Assembly: GCF_002276045.1 (NCBI RefSeq)
Contig: NZ_NQMR01000024.1
Span: forward strand, 6,313-38,312
Direction of reading: 5' to 3'
DNA from: Pseudoalteromonas sp. NBT06-2
GTDB lineage: Bacteria; Pseudomonadota; Gammaproteobacteria; Enterobacterales; Alteromonadaceae
Length of the DNA: 32,000 nt
Shown: positions 18,718 through 25,839 of the stretch, piece by piece
Numbering within the stretch: position 1 is the stretch's first letter
How the letters are laid out: every line of letters begins with the position of its first letter
The notes under the pieces: generated by a model
Database searches by the model: none
Seen by the model: the letters and a program-made list of their open reading frames with translations, nothing else
Told to the model about the DNA's origin: nothing
Position numbers and translations under genes: made by a program

Positions 18718-18918
18718 TTAGTGACTACTCTTATTTATCTTGCTAAAGATATAAAGTTTGATTACAACTATAAGCACCATAGCGGCCCAAACAGTTAATG
18801 TAACAAGCCAAATATGAAATAAAGACAACGCATCAAAGAGAAGTATTGGAAACAAAAAAAGCAGAGCAGTACAAAGCCCTATCAACCACAGAGACTCAAT
18901 TTTATTTTTCTCAGTCAT
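18718..18918 (-). CDS. Small hypothetical membrane protein (two predicted TM helices)
   Basis: 66-aa ORF with two hydrophobic spans (LWLIGLCTALLFLFPILLF and IWLVTLTVWAAMVLIVVIKLYIF). It lies 111 bp upstream of the kinase gene on the same strand. I recognise no family and the RBS is weak. Confidence 0.4.
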   Translation of the reverse strand: MTEKNKIESLWLIGLCTALLFLFPILLFDALSLFHIWLVTLTVWAAMVLIVVIKLYIFSKINKSSH

Positions 18919-19128
18919 ATAGAGAAGCCTAAAGCAATAAGTTTTATCCCATCAATTATAGTTCAAATCATAAATATAACAGCTCGATTTAAGCTACTTC
19001 TGATCTAGATAAAAATAAAAGTTCGACCTTAAATCATCGATATACTATTTATTTTGCTTATTCATAGAGAAGTCTAAAACAAGTAAAAAATCCTTTCTTA
19101 AAGTTAACAACCAAGGAAATAAAGAACT

Positions 19129-19269
19129 TTATAAATCACTATTTAAAAGTACAAAATCAGAAAAACCATCAGCTTTGATTCTTTTGTCTCTTTCAACTTT
19201 TTTTAACATACCGGGGATACCGCCAATTACCTCGTACGTATGATCACCTGCGAGCCAAAATACTTGCAT
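19129..19269 (-). CDS. Possible unannotated 46-aa ORF, or a gene fragment
   Basis: My own translation of the minus strand gives MQVFWLAGDHTYEVIGGIPGMLKKVERDKRIKADGFSDFVLLNSDL*. It is below the 60-aa cutoff of the ORF track. Composition is non-repetitive and protein-like, but the RBS is weak and I recognise no family. Confidence 0.2.
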   Translation of the reverse strand: MQVFWLAGDHTYEVIGGIPGMLKKVERDKRIKADGFSDFVLLNSDL

Positions 19270-19356
19270 CGATAAGGGTTTCCAAAACTTTAATACTTAT
19301 AAAATTTGTCAAAAAATATTTCAACCCGAACCCTTAAATAAATAAGGTGAAATGTG

Positions 19357-19380
19357 GCAGCCATTAAATATAATGGCTGC
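19357..19380 (-). terminator. Hairpin downstream of trpS (candidate terminator)
   Basis: Perfect 10-bp inverted repeat GCAGCCATTA-aata-TAATGGCTGC, 28 nt downstream of the trpS stop. The U-tract on the minus-strand transcript is poor, so confidence is moderate to low. Confidence 0.4.
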
Positions 19381-19407
19381 TTTAAAACTTAAAAATACAG
19401 CTGTATT

Positions 19408-20406
19408 TCAGAATAAATTTAATCCAAAAGCTGATTTAACACGCTGAGAAACAGTCTGTGTTTGTTGGTTTGCCAGCTCGGTTCCAGATTTAAGAATAGA
19501 AATTAGTTCAGCTTTATCAGCCAAGTAACTCTCTCTCTTAGCTCTGTTCGGTGTTATTAGATTAATTAAACAATCACTTAAAATACCTTTAAGTTTACTA
19601 TCCCCTAATCCACCGGCTGCATAATGATTTTTGAGTTGTGTGATATAGGTTTTATCTTCATGAAAGGCATCTAAATATGTAAATACAACATTACCTTCAA
19701 TTTGTCCTGAATCATCTACTCTTAAGTGATTTGGGTCGGTATACATAGCACGAACAGCTTTCACTATCATGTCATCACTACTGCCAAAGGTAATCACATT
19801 ACCCAGTGATTTAGACATTTTAGCTTTACCATCAACACCCGGTAACCTAGGTGTATCACTCAACAAAGGCTTTGCTTCTACTAAAACAGGTTCCTTAGCA
19901 ATATTATTTAATTTTCTCACTATTTCATTGGTAATTTCTATCATAGGTAACTGATCATCACCAACAGGCACTAAAGTAGCATCAAAAGCTGTAATATCGG
20001 CAGCTTGGCTGATTGGATAGCTAAAAAAGCCAGCAGGTATAGAGTTGCCAAATTGTTTACTTGCAATCTCAGCCTTAACCGTTGGATTTCGCTCTAAACG
20101 TGAAACAGATACTAAATTTGCGTAAAACATGGCAAGTTCAGATAAAGCAGGCAAAGCTGATTGCAAACAAATCGTGGTTTTTTTAGGGCAAATACCAACA
20201 GCAAGATAATCAGCCAAAACATTTAAAATATTACCCGACACTTTTTGTGGGTTATGACCGTTATCAGTAAGACCTTGTAAATCAGCGATTAAAATTGTTT
20301 GTGAATACTGGTTTTGTAATTCAACTCGATTTTTTAACGAACCAACATAATGACCTAAATGAAGTGGCCCTGTAGGTCTATCGCCAGTTAAAATTTTGTG
20401 ATTCAT
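19408..20406 (-). CDS. trpS: Tryptophan--tRNA ligase (class I aaRS), type-II-like/divergent form
   Basis: HIGH-type motif TGDRPTGPLHLGHYVGS, KMSKS motif (GKAKMSKSLGN) and the central VPVGDDQ motif of TrpRS/TyrRS-type enzymes. I place the start at ATG 20406, preceded by AAGGA. The track's upstream start at 20469 adds 21 unlikely residues. Confidence 0.9.
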   Translation of the reverse strand: MNHKILTGDRPTGPLHLGHYVGSLKNRVELQNQYSQTILIADLQGLTDNGHNPQKVSGNILNVLADYLAVGICPKKTTICLQSALPALSELAMFYANLVSVSRLERNPTVKAEIASKQFGNSIPAGFFSYPISQAADITAFDATLVPVGDDQLPMIEITNEIVRKLNNIAKEPVLVEAKPLLSDTPRLPGVDGKAKMSKSLGNVITFGSSDDMIVKAVRAMYTDPNHLRVDDSGQIEGNVVFTYLDAFHEDKTYITQLKNHYAAGGLGDSKLKGILSDCLINLITPNRAKRESYLADKAELISILKSGTELANQQTQTVSQRVKSAFGLNLF

Positions 20407-20460
20407 GTGTAATTCCTTCAATTTAAAATAAGCGCCCAATGAGAAGGGGTTGGATGATAA

Positions 20461-21312
20461 CCAAGCCAAAGATTTGCCTACATTCGTGATAACAAACCAT
20501 GTAAAGCGATTGGCGATTTAGACAATAATGGCACACCCGATAATCATCAGGATGTTACAACGTTATCTGATAGCCACCCATGCCAAGCTATAAGTATAGA
20601 AGTGGTGAACACCGGAAATAAAGATCTTGAAGCTGAAAAGTCAGGTTCCTTTACCACAGGTTTTACTTATGAAGCCACAGATGATACCCGTTTTCATTTT
20701 AACCTTTATTATCAATATTTCGATAATGAAATTAGCTTGCTAGAGAATGATAAACTATTGGAGCGTGAAGGTTTATTTGGTGAAAATAAACGAGTGATCA
20801 GAGATCAGTACGGTAATTTAATTAGAATACTCAATAGTTACGGCAATTTTTCGGGGTCAAAAACAGCTGGAATCGATTTAGAATATGATTTGATTTGGCA
20901 AACAAAATTATATGGTTCATTTAAATGGTCTACTGAGATTACAGGTGTATTATTTCACAAAGCAGAAGTTATCCCAGGACAAGGATTTGATGATGTAAAT
21001 GGCGATTTAGGTAATACTGATGGTCGATTAAATACCTCTTTACGCTGGCACTTAGGTGATTGGAATACTTTACTCAGTGCTGATTTTTTGCCATCAACTG
21101 ATGAAAACGACATTAAATTAAAATCAACTATTGTCACTAATTTACAAACCAAATATCAACTCAGTAAACAGATGTATGCCTCTTTTGGTGCTTATAATTT
21201 ATTTGATATAGAACCACCCAATAACAAGGCTTTAGGTTGGCCGTACTATATGGCTGGCTTTGAATTTGTACAAGGTAGAACCTTATACTTAGATGTGTCG
21301 TATACTTTTTAA
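20461..21312 (+). pseudogene. 5'-truncated TonB-dependent receptor: only the C-terminal ~280 aa of the beta-barrel remain
   Basis: The frame is open from 20461 with no plausible start, plug domain or signal peptide. The translation ...EVVNTGNKDLEAEKSGSFTTGFTYE...FHFNLYYQYFDNEI...GRTLYLDVSYTF has the alternating beta-strand pattern and terminal aromatic (F) of TonB-dependent receptors. Intact TBDRs are 700-1000 aa. The fragment begins inside the trpS upstream region. Confidence 0.7.
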
Positions 21313-21492
21313 AGCTCGCTATTGCAGGGTTACTTAATTGGTAAGCCTGCTACTTCCACATACTCAATTTCAAACACCTCAATACTCTATAAAAAGTCAT
21401 CAATATAAAAACTCAAGTTTACCCATACATTAAAAATAAAATTAAACCACTAAATATCAAACCATTAGCCTAATACTAAATTTCATATTTTA

Positions 21493-21522
21493 TAAAGGTT
21501 CGGATAAGCGTTTTAACCTTTA
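21493..21522. promoter_or_regulatory. Inverted repeat TAAAGGTT-N14-AACCTTTA upstream of the GH16 gene (candidate operator)
   Basis: Perfect 8-bp arms at 21493-21500 and 21515-21522, about 125 nt upstream of the GH16 start. No U-tract follows, so it is unlikely to be a terminator. Confidence 0.25.
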
Positions 21523-21646
21523 TTCGAACGACACAAGTTAATAATACACATAACATTTATTCTGTCAGAGATATTTACCTAAGTATGCCTCTTGCTTAAA
21601 GGCCGTAAATATTAATATTTTTGCAATTAAAAAATAATAAAAATAG

Positions 21647-23404
21647 ATGGGACATTTAATGAAAAAAATAAAACCAATATCGCAAATACATAGATTAAAA
21701 GTAATGCTTCCTTATTGCTTTCTTGTATTACCCACATTGTCGTTTGCAGATATTTATCAAGCAGAAGATTACACTTGGTCATTTGATACAACGACTGGTA
21801 ATTCTGGTGGAGCGTATAAAACAGGAGATGTCGATATCCAAGCCACACAAGATGAAGGAGGTGGTTACAACGTTGGCTGGATAGAAAAAAATGAATGGTT
21901 AGCTTATCAAAATATAAAAATTGCACAATCCGGTAATTATATTGTAAATGCCAGAGTAGCCAGTCCATCTGGCGCTACATTTTCTATAGACTTAAATTCA
22001 GGAGAAACTCAGTTAGGCAGTTTTGAAATTCCAGCGACCGGAAGTTGGGATAAATGGATTACAGTAACAAAAACGATATATATTGAAGCAGGAATCCATA
22101 ATTTAGGTGTGTTTGCCGTTACTAATGGTTGGAATTTTAACTGGATAGAAATCATACCAGAAGCAGATATATTAAATGGGGAAGTAGTCTGGGCGGTAAA
22201 TGCTGGCGGCAACCAATATACCGCTGTAGATGGCACCGTTTATTTAGCTGATGAAGGCTTCACAGCAGGAACATCTGCTAAGACGACTCAAATAATTCAT
22301 GCGACCCAAGATAGCATTCTATATCAGAGTGAACGATGGGGTAATGATTTTAGTTACGAAAAAATCTTGGAAAATGGCACTTACCAAATCAATTTACGCT
22401 TAGCTGAAACTTACTGGCAAAGCCCTAATGACAGAAAATTTTCATTTAGCGCAGAAGGCCGGGAACGACTTAGCAGTATTGATATTGTTGCTGAGAAAGG
22501 CGGCAGAGATCATGCTGCTTATGATTTGTCTATTCCTGATGTTGTCGTGAGTGATGGTAAGTTAAATCTTAATTTTAAAGGTATCGTAGATGCAGCCAAA
22601 ATAAGTGCCTTTGCCGTGCGTAAATCCCATATGCCAGAAAATGAATGGCAACTTATATGGCAGGACGAATTTAATACCAATGGTGCTATTGATACAACCA
22701 AGTGGACTCATGAATTATGGGTGCCGGGACGAGTAAATAACGAATGGCAGCGCTATACCGACCGCCCTGAAAACTCACGAGTAGAAAATGGCAAGCTCGT
22801 GATCGAAGCGCGTAAAGATAACTATATGGGCGACGAATATTCATCAGCACGTATTCATAGTGCCAATAAAGCTGATTTTCTCTACGGACGAATAGAAGTG
22901 AGCGCCAAATTACCCAATGGTATCGGAACTTGGCCAGCTATATGGATGATGCCTACTGACGTATTTAGTTATGCAACAACCTGCGACGCACAAACGGGAT
23001 GGGATGAAGATTGTGATGCATGGCCAAATTCAGGAGAAATCGACATTATGGAACATGTTGGTTATGACACAGGTAAAGTACATGCCACGGTACATAACTT
23101 AGATGGATACTGGGTAAATGGTGAGCAGATCCAAGGCACTGTTTACCAACCAGCAGTAGATGATGGCTTTCATACTTATGCTTTAGAATGGTCGCCTGAC
23201 CGTATTGATATGTTTATTGATAACACCCTCTATTATACCTATGTTAATCCAAAAACGGGTTGGCAAGCCTGGCCTTACGATAAACCTTTTCATGTAATTC
23301 TAAATTTAGTGGTAGGTGGAGATTGGGGAGCGGTTGCCGGTGTTGACCCAGACATCTGGCCACAAAGAATGGAAGTTGATTACGTACGTATGTATCAAAA
23401 ATAA
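21647..23404 (+). CDS. Secreted endo-1,3-beta-glucanase (laminarinase): CBM6 + malectin-like domain + GH16 catalytic domain
   Basis: Signal peptide (..LPTLSFA/DI). CBM6-like module at aa 36-170 (YQAEDY...GDVDIQ...GGGYNVGW...GWNFNWIEI). Malectin-like module at aa 178-326 (AVNAGG..Y...DG..Y..D..F..G.......LYQSERWG..FSY......G.Y.I.L..AE). GH16 domain at aa 333-585 with WQDEFN and the catalytic ExDxxE motif GEIDIMEH (codons 23036-23053). The start could be ATG 21659 (MKKIKP) instead. Confidence 0.9.
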   Translation: MGHLMKKIKPISQIHRLKVMLPYCFLVLPTLSFADIYQAEDYTWSFDTTTGNSGGAYKTGDVDIQATQDEGGGYNVGWIEKNEWLAYQNIKIAQSGNYIVNARVASPSGATFSIDLNSGETQLGSFEIPATGSWDKWITVTKTIYIEAGIHNLGVFAVTNGWNFNWIEIIPEADILNGEVVWAVNAGGNQYTAVDGTVYLADEGFTAGTSAKTTQIIHATQDSILYQSERWGNDFSYEKILENGTYQINLRLAETYWQSPNDRKFSFSAEGRERLSSIDIVAEKGGRDHAAYDLSIPDVVVSDGKLNLNFKGIVDAAKISAFAVRKSHMPENEWQLIWQDEFNTNGAIDTTKWTHELWVPGRVNNEWQRYTDRPENSRVENGKLVIEARKDNYMGDEYSSARIHSANKADFLYGRIEVSAKLPNGIGTWPAIWMMPTDVFSYATTCDAQTGWDEDCDAWPNSGEIDIMEHVGYDTGKVHATVHNLDGYWVNGEQIQGTVYQPAVDDGFHTYALEWSPDRIDMFIDNTLYYTYVNPKTGWQAWPYDKPFHVILNLVVGGDWGAVAGVDPDIWPQRMEVDYVRMYQK

Positions 23405-23415
23405 AAAACAAGAAC

Positions 23416-23450
23416 AGCCATTTATTTTAATTTGATAAATGGCTTTTTTA
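23416..23450 (+). terminator. Rho-independent terminator after the GH16 gene
   Basis: AGCCATTTAT-tttaatttg-ATAAATGGCT followed by TTTTTT, 12 nt after the stop codon. Confidence 0.7.
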
Positions 23451-23552
23451 ATCTGATTGTTTTTGAAACTACATGCTTGGTTTTAACTGCATTTAAATTG
23501 AGATGCATATGAACCTCCTCTATTTATAAAAATAAAAAGGATACAAATAAAA

Positions 23553-25619
23553 ATGTCTGGGAAAAAACTTAAACTTAAATTTAAAAATAATAAATGTAGC
23601 CTTTCAGCTTTGCTTTTATTAGCTTCAGCTAGCACTTGTCTTGGGGCAAATGAAAGAATACAAGCCGAGAATTATAGCCACTTCATAGATACCACTCCTG
23701 GCAATCAAGGTGGCACATTACATAATGACGATGTAGATATTGAAGTAACGACTGACAATGATGGTGGTTTTAATGTCGGTTGGATCACTCAAGGAGAACG
23801 TTTAGATTATCAACTAGATTTATTATCAGGTAATTATAATTTAACAAGCAGAATTGCATCGGCTGTTAGTACTGGAAGTTATAGTGCATATATTGATGGT
23901 GAACTCATTGGAACTTATACAGTTGCAGATACTGGCGGCTGGCAGATATTTGATACTCACTTAATCGGTAATATCAATGTGAACACTGGGTCACACACTT
24001 TAGCAATAGAAGTGCATTCTGGTGATTTTAATCTTAACTGGTTTGAATTATCGGCTGTTAATTCAGATTTGGTAATACAAGCGGAAGATTATCAAAGGGC
24101 TTTTGATAGTACCGTTGGTAATACAGGCGGCGAATACCGTTTTGAGGATAATGTAGATATAGAAGTAAGTTCAGATATTGACGGTGGGTATAATCTTGGT
24201 TGGACAGACTCAGGTGAGTGGCTTGAGTTTGATATTTCCGTAGCTGATGGCAATTACAATTTAATTTCAAGAGTCGCGTCTAAACTTGATACAGGCCATT
24301 ATTCAATATTAATTGATGATGTATTAGTTAGCACTCATAACGTAAATAATACTGGCGACTGGCAAGTTTTTGAAAGTCAAAATTTAGGCGAAGTAAGCTT
24401 AACTTCTGGATCTCATACTTTAAGAATTAATATAGAACAGGGTGACTTCAATTTAAACTGGCTTAAATTGCAATATATTACGCCTCCTGCTGATAGTGAT
24501 AATGACGGTATAACTGATGAAATAGACATTTGCCCTGATACACCCGCTGAAACCAAAGTTGATGAAACAGGCTGTGAATTAATAATATTTCCTGCATATA
24601 AGAGTATAGAAGCCGAAAGCTATACTTTAATGAGCGGTATTAGTATTAAAAATAACGCCTATATTGGCTCATTTGATTCTGGAGATTATATTAACTTTAA
24701 AAATGTAGATTTTGGCGATATTTCTCAAAGTTTGACACTCAATGTTGCCGGTAAATCTGAAAATGGCATTGCTGAATTCAGAATAGACAGTCCTGAAGGT
24801 CCTTTAATTGCCAGCTACACTATGACCGCAACATCTGGTTGGCAGGTATTTGAACAAACGAGTATTAATATTACTGAAACCTCAGGGGTTCATGATCTTT
24901 ATATATCAGGTAAAACTGGCCAAGGAATTTTTAATCTTGATAACTTTATATTCTCAGCTAAAAAACGAGTCTCAGCCTCTGATATTAAGGTCATGACGCT
25001 TAATGTTTATGGTTGGGCCACAATGCCACAACATGCATCAAGTTATGCTGAACTAGTACATTCACGAAATGTCGATATTTTAGGAATACAAGAAGGTGCT
25101 GAAGACTGGTTAATTTCAACTGATTTTCCGACAGATTATAGCAGAGCGGATGCTTTAGGCGTGGCGTTAGGTGAATGCTGGCAACAAAGATATCAAATTT
25201 ATATTAACACTTGCAAAGGCAATAATTTTGTATCTAACGCTAGATTTGATTTAACTGACGGGCCAAATGCAGTTCGTACAGGTGAATCAGCACTCATTAA
25301 CAAAAATGGTTTTGATTACAGGGCCATAAATGTGCACTGGGATCATCAGGATGATGCAGTAACACTTATAAATGCCAATGAAACTGCAACTCATATAAAC
25401 CTTAATGCCTATATGCCTACTATTTTGGTGGGAGATTTTAATTCAAGCTGCACTGGTAACGAAGTGAGTACAACCATTCAACAAACTAATATGAGATTAA
25501 TTGGCAGCGCAAGAATCGATTGTATTATCACAAAAGGGTTTACTGGCACTGCAAAAGTCTTTGATGCAACACCTTCAGATCATCCTAGTTTAGATGCGAT
25601 ATTAACTCCTGATTTATAA
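23553..25619 (+). CDS. Secreted multidomain protein: CBM6 - CBM6 - thrombospondin-type-3-like Ca-binding linker - CBM6/35-like - endonuclease/exonuclease/phosphatase (EEP) domain
   Basis: Signal peptide aa 1-32. CBM6 modules at aa 35-167 and 175-307 (IQAE[ND]Y ... DVDIEV..D.DGG[FY]N[VL]GW ... GDFNLNW). TSP3-like DSDNDGITDEIDICPDTP at aa 314-331. A third CBM module at aa 351-468 (IEAESY...GDYINFKNVDFG...GWQVF...FNLDNFIF). EEP domain at aa 477-688 with ordered catalytic motifs MTLNVYG, ILGIQEG, NVHWDH, LVGDFN and PSDHPS. Confidence 0.85.
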   Translation: MSGKKLKLKFKNNKCSLSALLLLASASTCLGANERIQAENYSHFIDTTPGNQGGTLHNDDVDIEVTTDNDGGFNVGWITQGERLDYQLDLLSGNYNLTSRIASAVSTGSYSAYIDGELIGTYTVADTGGWQIFDTHLIGNINVNTGSHTLAIEVHSGDFNLNWFELSAVNSDLVIQAEDYQRAFDSTVGNTGGEYRFEDNVDIEVSSDIDGGYNLGWTDSGEWLEFDISVADGNYNLISRVASKLDTGHYSILIDDVLVSTHNVNNTGDWQVFESQNLGEVSLTSGSHTLRINIEQGDFNLNWLKLQYITPPADSDNDGITDEIDICPDTPAETKVDETGCELIIFPAYKSIEAESYTLMSGISIKNNAYIGSFDSGDYINFKNVDFGDISQSLTLNVAGKSENGIAEFRIDSPEGPLIASYTMTATSGWQVFEQTSINITETSGVHDLYISGKTGQGIFNLDNFIFSAKKRVSASDIKVMTLNVYGWATMPQHASSYAELVHSRNVDILGIQEGAEDWLISTDFPTDYSRADALGVALGECWQQRYQIYINTCKGNNFVSNARFDLTDGPNAVRTGESALINKNGFDYRAINVHWDHQDDAVTLINANETATHINLNAYMPTILVGDFNSSCTGNEVSTTIQQTNMRLIGSARIDCIITKGFTGTAKVFDATPSDHPSLDAILTPDL
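23655..24473 (+). repeat. Tandem duplication of a CBM6-encoding module within the CDS (two ~133-codon units)
   Basis: Units at 23655-24053 and 24075-24473 encode collinear modules. By eye, about half the residues are identical and the start and end motifs are the same. Confidence 0.7.
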
Positions 25620-25635
25620 AATTGGAACTAATAAC

Positions 25636-25658
25636 GGGGTCTTTTTAGACCCTTTTTA
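25636..25658 (+). terminator. Rho-independent terminator after the CBM6-EEP gene
   Basis: GGGGTC-ttttta-GACCC followed by TTTTT, 17 nt after the stop. Confidence 0.7.
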
Positions 25659-25839
25659 ATTTGTAGTTTTATGCTATATTTTTAAACTGATTTGCTAATA
25701 TACCCAAACCACTTCAAGATGCAGGTTTTAATAATGAGAGATATGAAGATCGAAAAATGAGTGACTGTGCATTGCGACAATACCTTAGCATGATATGATT
25801 TCTAAAAAATAATTAGAACTTGTTGTCTAAAAGAGAATT

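Noticed and set aside
20407-20469. Upstream TTG start (20469) extending trpS by 21 codons
   Set aside because: ATG 20406 has an AAGGA RBS and gives the canonical TrpRS N-terminus just before the HIGH motif. The extension (MAWLSSNPFSLGAYFKLKELH) overlaps the TBDR remnant and has no counterpart in TrpRS as I know it.
21324-21350. Hairpin GCAGGgTTAC-N7-GTAAgCCTGC just after the TBDR remnant stop
   Set aside because: It could be the old TBDR terminator. However, it has an internal mismatch and no U-tract. It is too weak to call, and its relevance after pseudogenisation is unclear.
18607-21646. Genomic island, mobile element or defense-system hypothesis for the disrupted region around trpS
   Set aside because: There is no integrase, transposase, tRNA attachment site, long flanking direct repeats, toxin-antitoxin-like pair, or ATPase, nuclease or methyltransferase genes. 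The only nuclease-fold (EEP) domain in the window carries a signal peptide and CBMs, so it is extracellular rather than an intracellular immunity effector.
21627-21968. 113-aa minus-strand ORF overlapping the 5' end of the GH16 gene
   Set aside because: It is antisense to the signal peptide and CBM6 coding region. The sequence is Leu/Tyr/His-rich nonsense, with no RBS or plausible promoter. I considered it as a divergent regulator and rejected that.
22009-24270. Short minus-strand ORFs 22009-22236, 22519-22701 and 24058-24270 inside the GH16 and CBM6-EEP genes
   Set aside because: They are antisense to motif-supported CDSs with no independent evidence.
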